From: Parvibaculum sp.
GTDB taxonomy: Bacteria > Pseudomonadota > Alphaproteobacteria > Parvibaculales > Parvibaculaceae
Direction: 5' to 3'
Assembly: GCF_035511255.1 (NCBI RefSeq)
Contig: NZ_DATKFR010000202.1
Location: 1 to 54,525 of the forward strand
Length of the DNA: 54,525 nt
Part shown: positions 28,340 through 38,054 of the stretch, in pieces
Numbering within the stretch: position 1 is the stretch's first letter
How the letters are laid out: every line of letters starts with the position of its first letter
Notes under the pieces: model-generated
Databases searched by the model: none
The model's input: only the letters and a program-made list of their open reading frames with translations
Told to the model about the DNA's origin: nothing
Made by a program: the position numbers and the translations under genes

Positions 28340-29014
28340 ATGCGAGTTCTGACGATCGCGGCCAATCTTGCCTCTATTTCGATGGCTTGTGTTCTAGTAG
28401 CCGGCTGCACCACCGAGAAGACGTCCTCGCCGACGCGCACAGCGACCGAGCAGTTGCTGATTTCGACCGCGGCCGATCGGGCGGCAAAGAATCTCTCGTT
28501 CCAGATGCCGGCGAGCAACAAGGTCTTCGTCGATTCCACAAATTTCGAGGGGACAGACGGCAAATACGCGATCAGCGTCATCAAGGATGAATTTCTGAAG
28601 CGCGGCATGCGTCTCGTCGCGGACAAGAAAGATGCCGATGCAATCGTCGAAATCAGATCCGGCGCCTTGTCCATCGACGAAAGCACGGCAATCGTCGGCA
28701 TCCCGGAATTCAATATTCCGATCCCTGCCGCCGGCAACCTGACCTTCCCGGAGATTGCGCTCTTCAAGAAGTCGGAACGCCAGGGCCTCGCGAAGTTCGC
28801 CGCTACCGGCTACAGCACGCAGACGGGTGAACTCATCTCCTCGAGTGGCCCCAAATATGGTTTTTCGGAGAAGACGCAATGGGTGGTGGCGCTCTTCGTC
28901 TCCTGGACGACCAGCGATCTCCTCCCCCCGCAGCCGACCGAAAATGAAGGCTATTTCTTTACCCGCAGCTTACCGCTGCAGCGAGAAGACCTGCCCTTCC
29001 AGCAATGGCGTTGA
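28340..29014 (+). CDS. Lipoprotein (DUF6655-like)
   Basis: Lipobox VAGC followed by RTATEQLLISTAADRA. Confidence 0.75.
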   Translation: MRVLTIAANLASISMACVLVAGCTTEKTSSPTRTATEQLLISTAADRAAKNLSFQMPASNKVFVDSTNFEGTDGKYAISVIKDEFLKRGMRLVADKKDADAIVEIRSGALSIDESTAIVGIPEFNIPIPAAGNLTFPEIALFKKSERQGLAKFAATGYSTQTGELISSSGPKYGFSEKTQWVVALFVSWTTSDLLPPQPTENEGYFFTRSLPLQREDLPFQQWR

Positions 29015-29018
29015 GAGC

Positions 29019-29054
29019 GGAAAGACGCCGCTCCGTCGCGAGCGGCGTCTTTCC
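29019..29054. terminator. Hairpin between convergent genes, likely a bidirectional terminator
   Basis: Perfect 15-bp stem GGAAAGACGCCGCTC-cgtcgc-GAGCGGCGTCTTTCC. Confidence 0.8.
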
Positions 29055-29066
29055 GGAACCGTCCTT

Positions 29067-29561
29067 CTACTGAACGACGCGCCAGGCACCGTCTTCGCCC
29101 AGACATGCGGTGCCGTAGCCCTGCTGCCACTGGCCGCCGACACGGATCGACGACTGGTATTCGCGGCAGTACTGGCCCGAGGCCGTACGATAGACGTCGG
29201 AGGTCGGCACGGCTTCGATGGGAGCCTGTGCGTAATAGCCGGCGGGCGGCGGCGCGTAGACCGTTGCCGGCGGCGGACTGTAATAGGCCGGCTGAGCCGG
29301 CTGCGCCATCAGGGTTGCGCCGAGCAAAAGGCCGACGCCGGCGGCGACCGCAACCGCCGCGCCATCATTGTCGTCGTGGCCGCGATCCCATCCGCCATGA
29401 TGATGACCGCCGCCCCAGCCCCAGCTCTGAGGATGGCCGCCGCCATGCCCCCCGTGCCAGCCGCCGGCAAAGGCGGGGGCGAGCGGAAGCGCCACTGTGG
29501 TGAAGCCGACCAGCGCGAGCATCGCGGCCTTCGCCTTGAGCGATTTGCGTGTCTTGATCAT
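29067..29561 (-). CDS. Secreted 17-kDa-antigen-like (RT0821/Lpp0805) protein
   Basis: Signal peptide, Gly/His/Trp tract, Pro/Tyr linker and GQYCREYQ...YGTAC..DG.W. Confidence 0.85.
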   Translation of the reverse strand: MIKTRKSLKAKAAMLALVGFTTVALPLAPAFAGGWHGGHGGGHPQSWGWGGGHHHGGWDRGHDDNDGAAVAVAAGVGLLLGATLMAQPAQPAYYSPPPATVYAPPPAGYYAQAPIEAVPTSDVYRTASGQYCREYQSSIRVGGQWQQGYGTACLGEDGAWRVVQ

Positions 29562-29644
29562 CGAGACCTCCTTGAGACGGGGGCAAGCTGAACGATCAGG
29601 ACGCTCACCCGTCTTTGATGTCTCGGAAAATAGCTCCCGGCGGC

Positions 29645-29713
29645 TGAACCGCCCATGAACGGGGCCATCGCTGGACGCCCAAATCCTGCCGCATTCGGTT
29701 CAGCGCAGGTTCA
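29645..29713. promoter_or_regulatory. Two divergent OmpR/PhoP-type direct-repeat boxes
   Basis: TGAAC-N6-TGAAC (29645-29660) and GTTCA-N6-GTTCA (29698-29713), 11-bp period. Confidence 0.6.
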
Positions 29714-29778
29714 ACCGCCGGATCTCATGGTGCCGATACGGGGCGCGCCGAAGCGGCCCGCGTCGTCAGGAGAGTCCT

Positions 29779-29883
29779 ATGCCCAGATTGGCCGATCTCG
29801 TTTTCATGGCTCTGGTTGTTCTCGTGCTTGTCGGGAGCCTGCTCGAGCAACGCGACATCCGGAAGGCTCGCGCGGTCGAGTGA
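29779..29883 (+). CDS. 34-aa single-TM small protein (MPRLADLVFMALVVLVLVGSLLEQRDIRKARAVE)
   Basis: AGGAGA RBS, hydrophobic helix and basic tail; below the ORF-track cutoff. Confidence 0.55.
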   Translation: MPRLADLVFMALVVLVLVGSLLEQRDIRKARAVE

Positions 29884-29902
29884 GCGCTAGGCAGCGAATG
29901 GT

Positions 29903-30661
29903 CTAGCGAGCCGGCACGGGCTGGGTCGGTCTGGCTTCGGGCCTTGACGGCGGATTGGCGGCACTCTTGAGGAATGTCTCGAAAGTCGGCCGGGTTTGTG
30001 TCGCCAGCGTCTCGCGCATGAGGGTTTGCGCCGCCGGCGAGGCATCCCGGTAAACATAGACGAGATCCGGCCGATATTGCGGGCTCGCCCAAAGGCTGCG
30101 CAGATCGGCTTCCACGTAGGGCTTCAGATCCTCCGGCAGGGCCGGAGCGCGCGCCAGCATCGCCGACAGGCGAAGAGTTGCGCAGGACGGCGTCGGCGGG
30201 CTGAGGATATAGGCAAGCCGCAGAGACGGCTCGGCGGCGGCGCCCGGCAGGCCATAGCGGGTTCCGGCATAGGCATAGGTCGCCCAGGCGCAGGCATCGT
30301 TCGGCGCGGCGATGATGGCGGCCCGCAAGGCGGCGGCAGCTTCGTTCCGCAAAGCGGCTATGTCGGGGCGGTCGGGGCGAAGCGCCAGCAGCGCCAGGCG
30401 CCCGTGCATCTTCTGAAGTTCCGCATTGTCCGGTTGCCACTTGGTTGCTTCGCGATAGGAAGCAAGCAGCGCATCCATATCCGCGACTGAAAGACCTGGC
30501 TCGGGAACGGCCTGAGCGAAGTGTTGCCATGACGTCGTTACGAGATAGGCAGCCACCCGCGGCAGCGCGAGACCAATCAGGACGAAGGCGACCAAGCAGG
30601 CAAAGCCGGGCACGAGAATGCGCGCGGCGGCCGAGGTGGTGTCTTCTCCCGACGACGCCAT
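29903..30661 (-). CDS. Membrane-anchored helical (TPR-like) hypothetical protein of the EPS cluster
   Basis: N-terminal TM, Ala-rich helices; starts 10 bp after the wzc stop. Confidence 0.7.
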   Translation of the reverse strand: MASSGEDTTSAAARILVPGFACLVAFVLIGLALPRVAAYLVTTSWQHFAQAVPEPGLSVADMDALLASYREATKWQPDNAELQKMHGRLALLALRPDRPDIAALRNEAAAALRAAIIAAPNDACAWATYAYAGTRYGLPGAAAEPSLRLAYILSPPTPSCATLRLSAMLARAPALPEDLKPYVEADLRSLWASPQYRPDLVYVYRDASPAAQTLMRETLATQTRPTFETFLKSAANPPSRPEARPTQPVPAR

Positions 30662-30670
30662 GATCGGCGC

Positions 30671-32932
30671 TCAATCGGCGTAGTAATGGCGATACTTGCC
30701 GTAGTAGTAGCCCTCGCTACCGCCATAACCGTATTTGGCGAGCTTCGAAGTGTCGACCTGCGCGAGAACCGCGCCGGCGAGATCGACATTGTAGCTGCGC
30801 AATTCCTTGATCGCCGAGAGGGCCGCGTCGCGCGGCGTCGTGTCCCATTTCACGATGAAGACAGTCTTGTCGGCAAGGAGCGCCAGGACGCGCGTATCGG
30901 CGACCGGCAAAACGGGCGCGCTGTCGATGACGACCAGATCGTAGACGCTGCTCACCTGTTCAAGCAGACGCCGCATCTGTGCGGAACCCAGCAGGTCCGG
31001 CGGGTTGGCGGCACCGGAGGCGACCGGCAGAATATCGAGGCCGGTAGCGCCGTCCTTGCGGATGACTTCCTCGATCGTGGCGCGGTTTGCCAGACATTCC
31101 ACCAGGCCGTTCTCGACGCGATCCCAATTGAGCGCGCGGTGGACGGACGGATGCCGCAGATCGCAGTCGATCAGAAGCGTCTTGACCCCGGCGAAACCGG
31201 CGGCGCGCGCAAAGCTGACCGCGGTCGTCGTCTTTCCTTCGTCGGGAAGGGCGGACGTGAAAAGGATGATCCGCGGCGGCTTGTCGACATTGGAAAGTGC
31301 GAGCGCGGAACGCAATCCGCGAAGCGATTCCGAAAAGCCGGAAAGAGGTTTCTGAATAACGTAATCCTGCGGTCTGATCGGCTTTCCGTCGGCGTCCTTT
31401 TCGCGTGGCGTCTTCGGAATGGAGACCAGATGAGGAACAGTCAGCATGCTCTCAAGCTGCGGACCGGTCTGCACGCCATTGTCGAGATGATCGAGCAGGA
31501 ACGCGACGCCGACGCCGAGCACGAGCGAGACACCGAAGGCGATCGCGGCGAAAAGACCCTTTTTCGGGAAAGAGGGAGATGTGGGAACCGCCGCGCGAGC
31601 TACGATGCGCGCATCGGAATTCTGTAGATCCTCCTGCTGCGACGTCTCCTTGAACCGGTTGAGAAACGACTCGTAGAGTGTACGGCTGGCAGCCGCCTCG
31701 CGCTGCAGTTCGTTCAGGCGCACGAAAGCCTGATCGTTTTCGCCGCTCTTGTGCTGCAGATCGTCGAGGCTCTTCTGAAGCGCGTTCACCCGCGTATCGG
31801 CGACCATGGCCTCGTTCGAAAGGCTCGCCACGATCCGTTGCACTTCGTTCTGGATTTGGCTTTCGAGGTCGCGACGCTCGGATTCGAGGTTCAAGATCGC
31901 CGGATGTCTCGGCCCGTATTTGGCCGACAGATCGCCCTGTTTGCGCGCAAGTTCGGCCTGCTGTTTACGCAGATCGTTGATGACGGTGGACTGCATCACA
32001 TCCACGACGGATTCGATGCTGCCGCCGCTCTGCAGAATTTGCCGCGCGCGACCGTATCTCGCCTGCTTTTCGGCGCGGTCGGTTCGGGCGAGAATCAATT
32101 GGGCGTTGAGTTCGGAGAGCTGCTGCTCGGTCAGCGTTCCCGTCTGCGTGACGACGATACCGTTCTGGCTCTTGTAAAGTTCGACGGCGCGCTCGGAAGC
32201 CTCAAGCTGGCGGCGCAGTTGCTCGAGACGGCTGGAGAGCCAGTCGTTCGCCTGCTTTGTCGCGTCGAACTTCGCCTCAAGCTGGCTCACGATATAGACG
32301 TCGGCAATCGCGTTGGCGATCTGGGCCGCCCTGGCCGGCGAGGCCGAGGTATAGGACACGTCGATGACGTAGGTCAGGCCGCGGCGGCGGATGTCCTCGT
32401 TGGCGATCAACGTGTCGATCGCCTGGTTTATCTGCTCTTCTTCCTTCTCGTTCGAAGGCGTGGCGGTGGACGACGCCGCGGGAAAGAGCGAACCGATCAA
32501 CCGGATGGGATTGATTTCGCTGAAAAAAGAGACCGAACGGAGAGAGGGATTGAACTCCGGGTCCTTGAGCAGCGACAGTTCCTGAACCACCCGCCTGGCG
32601 ATCGTGCGGGATTTGAGAATTTCGGTTTCGGTATCGATCGTCGGCGAATCCGATCCGAGCCCGGCCATGACCGCGTCGAAATCGACGATCTTGCTGTGCT
32701 GGGTATCGATCTTAACCTGCGTGCTGGCCGTATAGAGCGGCGTCAACTGGTAGACGGACACCATGACCAGCGCCGTGACGGCAATCACGATGCTGGCAAT
32801 CACACTGCGCCGCCGTCTCAGCGTCCGCAGCAATTTGACGAGGTCGACTTCGGAAGACATATCATCTTCGGGAGCGTTATATCCCCCTGACAAGCCGGCA
32901 GGGCTACCCGCCCGCTGAAGCGGCGCATTCAT
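30671..32932 (-). CDS. wzc: Wzc/ExoP/GumC co-polymerase with BY-kinase
   Basis: Two TMs, coiled coil, Walker A SALPDEGKT, IDCDLR, VIDSAP and a C-terminal Tyr cluster. Confidence 0.93.
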   Translation of the reverse strand: MNAPLQRAGSPAGLSGGYNAPEDDMSSEVDLVKLLRTLRRRRSVIASIVIAVTALVMVSVYQLTPLYTASTQVKIDTQHSKIVDFDAVMAGLGSDSPTIDTETEILKSRTIARRVVQELSLLKDPEFNPSLRSVSFFSEINPIRLIGSLFPAASSTATPSNEKEEEQINQAIDTLIANEDIRRRGLTYVIDVSYTSASPARAAQIANAIADVYIVSQLEAKFDATKQANDWLSSRLEQLRRQLEASERAVELYKSQNGIVVTQTGTLTEQQLSELNAQLILARTDRAEKQARYGRARQILQSGGSIESVVDVMQSTVINDLRKQQAELARKQGDLSAKYGPRHPAILNLESERRDLESQIQNEVQRIVASLSNEAMVADTRVNALQKSLDDLQHKSGENDQAFVRLNELQREAAASRTLYESFLNRFKETSQQEDLQNSDARIVARAAVPTSPSFPKKGLFAAIAFGVSLVLGVGVAFLLDHLDNGVQTGPQLESMLTVPHLVSIPKTPREKDADGKPIRPQDYVIQKPLSGFSESLRGLRSALALSNVDKPPRIILFTSALPDEGKTTTAVSFARAAGFAGVKTLLIDCDLRHPSVHRALNWDRVENGLVECLANRATIEEVIRKDGATGLDILPVASGAANPPDLLGSAQMRRLLEQVSSVYDLVVIDSAPVLPVADTRVLALLADKTVFIVKWDTTPRDAALSAIKELRSYNVDLAGAVLAQVDTSKLAKYGYGGSEGYYYGKYRHYYAD

Positions 32933-33031
32933 AAAATCACCAAACTATGAGGCATCACTGCCCCGTCAGCCATTGCCGACACGCCCCGGCGGGCCGCGTC
33001 GACAATCAAGCTCTTCCCGGCAAGCTCTTGC

Positions 33032-34303
33032 TCAGAGCTGGCCCCGCACCGTGATGCCGACCCTGTTTTGCGTATAGTCCCGGCCCGGCAAGTTCGAATT
33101 CCTGTCGATGAAGCCGTAATTGATGCCGACCGCAAAATTCTGGTTGAGAAGGTAAGAAGCCCCGATCAACGCCGAATAGATGTCGTCCTCGCGGGGATTG
33201 TCGCCGAAATCGTCGTTCTCGTAACCGATATCTCCACTGAGGACCAGATTGCGGAGCAGCTCGTGGTCGATGCCGATGCCGACCATTTGCGCCGTATAAC
33301 CCGACGCTGCTGGGTCGATCGTCTCGTCGATCGTCGAGGAAGCGCTGAAGCGAACCGTCGTCAGCGTGGTCACGAACCAGTTGACGTTCGCGCCATAGGC
33401 GATACCGCTGGTCGACGAGAAGTTCGCACTATCATAGTCCTGGTGCTGATAGCCGACATATAGTCCGCCCTCGGCAAGCCGAGACAGCTTGAATTCCGAA
33501 CCCACGACAGCCGCATAACCGTCCGAGCTGCGGTCGGTCGGCGTGGTCTCGTCATAGCTGCGCTTGTTGAGCGAACCCTGGACGTAAACATTCGTATCGG
33601 GAGAGACGTCATAGCCGACACGCAGCGCGCCGAGATATTCGTCGCGATCGCGGAAATCCTGATCGAGCGTTCCGCCGCCGACCTGAGGCGCATCCTTGTA
33701 ATCGTAATTGTCATAGGTACCGGTCAGTCTCGCCGTCACCCGGTTGAAGCGCTGGTTGAGCCCCAACGAAGCGTCGAAAAGATTGTATTCCGTAGGCTCC
33801 GCCGCCGCCGAGGGTGAATTGGGCGAACCACGATCTTCATGGGCCTGACGATAATCCACGCCGCCGGTGAAGAAGGTGTCGCGCAACACGTCGAGCCGCC
33901 CGTCCGCACCGACATTCCAGTCCAGACGATTTTCCGAGACGTGATCGTTGTACCAATACTTGCTGAGACCGGCATTGAAGTTCAGCGCGTGCCGCGACCA
34001 CAGCGACTTGATGTCGATCTGCGGCGACACGGCGGTGATGAAGTCGCTGTCCTCGTTCGTATCGGTCGCATAGATGTTGTCGTTATAGGTCTCGCTGACG
34101 TCGACCTTGGGCAGGATCAGGAAGGCCCCGGCCCGAATGCCGACGGCGTCGTAGCCCGGGCGGGCGCGATCGCGAACGCTCTGACCGCGGGCGTCCTGAA
34201 TTTCAGTTTGCGACGAAGGCGTAATCGAATCCGCCAATGCCGCTCCCGACACACCGAGAAGGGACATGGCCGGAATCATCAGGCAGAAACGAACGTGCTT
34301 CAT
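33032..34303 (-). CDS. EPS-associated outer-membrane beta-barrel protein
   Basis: Signal peptide, RPGYDAVGIRAG, YNDNIYA, amphipathic strands. Confidence 0.85.
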   Translation of the reverse strand: MKHVRFCLMIPAMSLLGVSGAALADSITPSSQTEIQDARGQSVRDRARPGYDAVGIRAGAFLILPKVDVSETYNDNIYATDTNEDSDFITAVSPQIDIKSLWSRHALNFNAGLSKYWYNDHVSENRLDWNVGADGRLDVLRDTFFTGGVDYRQAHEDRGSPNSPSAAAEPTEYNLFDASLGLNQRFNRVTARLTGTYDNYDYKDAPQVGGGTLDQDFRDRDEYLGALRVGYDVSPDTNVYVQGSLNKRSYDETTPTDRSSDGYAAVVGSEFKLSRLAEGGLYVGYQHQDYDSANFSSTSGIAYGANVNWFVTTLTTVRFSASSTIDETIDPAASGYTAQMVGIGIDHELLRNLVLSGDIGYENDDFGDNPREDDIYSALIGASYLLNQNFAVGINYGFIDRNSNLPGRDYTQNRVGITVRGQL

Positions 34304-34385
34304 CAGGTATCTCCAAATTGGCTGCATTCACGATCAAGCGAGAGCGCGAATGAAAATCTCTCGGCGCCGAGAGGCGTGCCCGAGG

Positions 34386-35027
34386 TTAGTTCGGGCTCCG
34401 CTCGCTCGTCGTGTTCTGCGCTTGCTGAAGGAGATTGTCGCCACCGGCGGCGAGACCGCTGGTTTCGAGTTCGTCCATCGCTTCGGCATACGCGTCCTTG
34501 AGTTCGCCGATATCGGAAGCTTCGACCTGCGCGACGATCCGGGCGGCTGTGTCGACGGTTTCCGGGTTGCCCTGAAGGCGATTGACCGCGATCGCAATGC
34601 CCTTGCCGGCGGTACGGCGATTGCTGGCGTTGAAATATTTAGCGACACCGATGACGTTGGCCGAGATGCCCTCGGCGCCGGTACCTGCATCTGCGACAAC
34701 CAGACCGAGCGCGGCGGCGAAATCGTCCGGCGAAATTCCGGGCGTGCTTTCGATCGCATCGGCGACAGCCTTGAGAGCGATCGGCGATGCGTTGTCACCC
34801 AGCGCGGCGATCGCCTCAGCGGCGGCTGTAGCCGGATTGCCGGAGTTGGCGATGATCGACGCGAGTTCCGCCGACAACGCCGCGCCATCGATATCACCGG
34901 CATGGGCCGACACGGCCTGACGAACATCGTCGGCAACCGCGGCTTGTGCCGTATCGGCGACGAGCTGACTGCCGCCTGTCACGGACAGCGTCAGCAAGAG
35001 GGCGCCCACCCAATGCTTTGTCATCAT
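34386..35027 (-). CDS. Secreted Ala-rich acidic hypothetical protein
   Basis: AAGGG RBS, signal peptide ending AQA, co-oriented within the EPS cluster. Confidence 0.75.
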   Translation of the reverse strand: MMTKHWVGALLLTLSVTGGSQLVADTAQAAVADDVRQAVSAHAGDIDGAALSAELASIIANSGNPATAAAEAIAALGDNASPIALKAVADAIESTPGISPDDFAAALGLVVADAGTGAEGISANVIGVAKYFNASNRRTAGKGIAIAVNRLQGNPETVDTAARIVAQVEASDIGELKDAYAEAMDELETSGLAAGGDNLLQQAQNTTSERSPN

Positions 35028-35280
35028 AAGCTTACCCCTTCACATCAGCGAGACATGGACCACAACCAGGCCACCTGACTATTTGTTTAGAAATACCACA
35101 CCGAAGCCGTGGAACAAAGTTCGTAAGGTCTCATTAACCTGTTTCGCCGCCCGACTTTAACAGCCTGTGCGTCCTTTTCCGCAGGTTGTGCTATTGCAGC
35201 ATCATATTGGCGCACACAAGAGACGCCCAGGATGAATTCGGCTTCGCGCGCTAAAAATGTCCGCCGCAAGATGACCGGTG

Positions 35281-35901
35281 TCAGAAAAAGCGTTCAGGAA
35301 CACGGACGATGTCGCCCGGCAGCACCTTTACCTGCTGGGACGCCTGATATTGCGTTTCACTCCCCTTGCCGCGCGTTATGTAGACGGTCCCCGTATTTGC
35401 CCGGTAGGTGAAGCCCCCGGCGACCGCGACGGCATTCAGCACCGTCATATCGCTCGTGTAAGGATACTGGCCCGGCTTCTCGACCTCGCCAATGATGTAG
35501 AAGGGCCGGTAATTCAGCACTTCCGCGCTGACTTTGGGGCTCGTCAGATAGCCTTGGGACAGCTTGCCCCCGACTTCTTTCTCGAATTGCTCAAGCGTGA
35601 GCCCGGCCGCCTGAACCTGTCCGATGAGCGGAAGCGACACCTTACCCGTGCCCGTAACGTCGAATTCGCCGGACAGATCCTGCTCGCCATAGACGATCAG
35701 GCGCAGCTTGTCGCCGGCGCCCAGCACGTATGCGATATCGGGCGCCGGCTGAACGGCATCCGACACCGCCGAAGACGCTTCCGCGCTCCGCTCCGGCGCA
35801 GACGGCGCATTGCCGGCACATGCCGCCAAAGCCATCAGTCCGACTATGGACAAGACAGTCAGAACAGATCTCCGGAGGAGATCCGCGCCCGCGAGTTTCA
35901 T
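35281..35901 (-). CDS. wza: Wza/OPX polysaccharide export lipoprotein
   Basis: LAAC lipobox, YVLGAGDKL, GKVSLPLIG, RPFYIIGEV and SLBB domain; start 35901. Confidence 0.9.
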   Translation of the reverse strand: MKLAGADLLRRSVLTVLSIVGLMALAACAGNAPSAPERSAEASSAVSDAVQPAPDIAYVLGAGDKLRLIVYGEQDLSGEFDVTGTGKVSLPLIGQVQAAGLTLEQFEKEVGGKLSQGYLTSPKVSAEVLNYRPFYIIGEVEKPGQYPYTSDMTVLNAVAVAGGFTYRANTGTVYITRGKGSETQYQASQQVKVLPGDIVRVPERFF

Positions 35902-35989
35902 TTGCCCACCCTTTATTTCAGTTCCGGCAGATACGGAAAACGACAAGCTCAAAATACTCCAAAATATCATCGGCGCCATGACGGCGTGA

Positions 35990-36802
35990 TTATCTTGCGG
36001 CGCCTGCAAAGGCAGCCATGGGAATGTCGGCGCTCTGGAGGACGCGCGTCTCCTGGCGTTCCAGAACGAGACAAGTCAACACATTGGTCATGTAGGCCCC
36101 GGTGTCTATGCCGATGCGGTTATCCTTGAAGACAGGCCGCTCCTTCGGCGTATGCCCGTGAACGACGATCTTGCCGAACCATGCATCGGACTGAAGAAAC
36201 TTGTCCCTGATCCACAGCATGTCGTCCTCGACCTGCCGATCCAGCCTGACGCCGGGCGCAACGCCCGCATGGACGAAGAAGTAGTCGCCGAACTCGACCG
36301 AGAGCTGGAGCGAATCCAGAAAGCGCCGATGCGCCAGCGGCATGGTCCTCTCCAAACGGGCCCGCGCCCGCTCGAAATCCGAAGGATCGTCGCTCAGCGT
36401 CAATTCGGTGATCCCGTAGGAATGCAGCGTCTCAAGGCCGCCATAATATTTCCAGGTGCGGCCGAAATTGGCGTCGCGGAGAAACTCGAGCATGGCGGCC
36501 TCGTGATTGCCCTTGAGATGGACCGCCTCGAAACCAGCAAGGGGGCGCGTCGTCAGCCGGTCGAGCACCTGCCTGGACTGCAACCCTCGATCAATATAGT
36601 CGCCAAGATAGATCAATATGTTGCGGGCCGGCGGACGGGTACGGGCGTCCGCCTCGATGCGCGCCAGAAGGCCGCCAAGCAGGTCGTCGCGGCCGTGAAT
36701 GTCGCCGATGGCATAGAGCCTTACGCCATCGGGCACCGCCGCCGGCCTACGTTCGACAATTCCCGCCGCCTCGCGAATTCGTCTTACGATTCCTTCAAAC
36801 AC
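35990..36802 (-). CDS. PPP-family metallophosphoesterase (Ser/Thr phosphatase-like)
   Basis: GDIHG, GDYIDRG, GNHE, VHAG, HGHTP and IDTG; GTG start inferred. Confidence 0.9.
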   Translation of the reverse strand: MFEGIVRRIREAAGIVERRPAAVPDGVRLYAIGDIHGRDDLLGGLLARIEADARTRPPARNILIYLGDYIDRGLQSRQVLDRLTTRPLAGFEAVHLKGNHEAAMLEFLRDANFGRTWKYYGGLETLHSYGITELTLSDDPSDFERARARLERTMPLAHRRFLDSLQLSVEFGDYFFVHAGVAPGVRLDRQVEDDMLWIRDKFLQSDAWFGKIVVHGHTPKERPVFKDNRIGIDTGAYMTNVLTCLVLERQETRVLQSADIPMAAFAGAAR

Positions 36803-37041
36803 GTTCGACCCGAACTTTCGCGCCTTGGGGCTGGCCCGCGACAGCCCCGTGGGACATATCCGCAACCATCCGCCCCTTGTGGTAGAGCATTCTACCGCAA
36901 GCTCGCAACAGTAGTATCCCGTGGTACGGGCCGTGCAAGCAAGGCGCAACCCGATCCGGACCCGTTAACGAAGAATATGTTATGGTGCCGGTCATATCCC
37001 GCCGGCCCCTCTTGTCGGCAGTCAACGACCAGGACAGCCCC

Positions 37042-38028
37042 TTGTCACCCGCAAATAAATCCAAAGAGCCGGAAAACTCCAGCCATCTTGCTTCGGCCCA
37101 CCGTACGCTCGATCTCGAAATCGCCGGCCTGAAAGCACTTGCCGCGTCACTCGATGGTCGCTTTTCGGAGGCCGTCGAGCGCCTTTTCGCGGTCAAGGGC
37201 CGCATCGTGGTCACGGGGATGGGCAAGAGCGGCCATATCGGACGCAAAATCGCCGCCACCCTCGCCTCGACGGGCGCGCCCTCGCAGTTCGTCCATCCGG
37301 CGGAAGCCAGCCATGGCGACCTCGGCATGATCACCCGCGACGATGCAATTCTCGCCCTGTCCTGGTCGGGCGAGTCCGCCGAGCTCCTGAGCATCATCTC
37401 CTATACCAAGCGCTTCGCGATTCCGCTGATCGCGATCACCGCCGAGGCAAAGAGCGCGCTCGGCGAGGCCGCCGATATCGCCCTCGTGCTGCCCAAGAGC
37501 GAGGAAGCGTGTTCGAACACCAACGCACCGACGACGTCAACGACGATGCAACTCGCCCTGGGCGATGCGCTCGCCGTCGCGCTCATCGAGCGTCGCGGAT
37601 TCACGGCGAGCGATTTCCGCATCTTCCATCCAGGCGGCAAGCTCGGCGCGCAGCTTCGCCATGTCTCCGACATCATGCACAGGGGCGACGAGATGCCGCT
37701 CGCCAAGGCCGACACGCCGATGTCGGAGGCGTTGATCGTGATGTCGAGCAAGAGCCTCGGCTGCCTCGGCATTGTCGACGACCGGGGACTTCTCGCCGGC
37801 CTCGTCACCGATGGCGATCTTCGTCGCCACATGGGCGCCGGGCTTCTCGAAAAGCGCGTCGGCGAGATCATGAACGTGTCGCCGAAAACGGTTCCGCCGA
37901 CCATGTTCGCGACCGAGGCGCTGAATTTTCTCAACGAGAAGAAGATCACCAGCCTCTTCGTGGTCGAGAACGGCAAGCCGGTGGGCGTCGTCCATGTCCA
38001 CGACTTCCTGAGGGCGGGCGTCGCCTGA
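37042..38028 (+). CDS. kdsD: Arabinose-5-phosphate isomerase KpsF/KdsD/GutQ
   Basis: GMGKSG, EASHGDLG, APTTST, FHPGG and a CBS pair; TTG start inferred. Confidence 0.93.
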   Translation: MSPANKSKEPENSSHLASAHRTLDLEIAGLKALAASLDGRFSEAVERLFAVKGRIVVTGMGKSGHIGRKIAATLASTGAPSQFVHPAEASHGDLGMITRDDAILALSWSGESAELLSIISYTKRFAIPLIAITAEAKSALGEAADIALVLPKSEEACSNTNAPTTSTTMQLALGDALAVALIERRGFTASDFRIFHPGGKLGAQLRHVSDIMHRGDEMPLAKADTPMSEALIVMSSKSLGCLGIVDDRGLLAGLVTDGDLRRHMGAGLLEKRVGEIMNVSPKTVPPTMFATEALNFLNEKKITSLFVVENGKPVGVVHVHDFLRAGVA

Positions 38029-38054
38029 ACCGGCCGCCCACGGGGCGAACGCTC

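Noticed and set aside
36922-36937. Sigma54-like TGGTAC-N5-GTGCA upstream of kdsD
   Set aside because: Two mismatches to consensus in GC-rich DNA; too weak to call.
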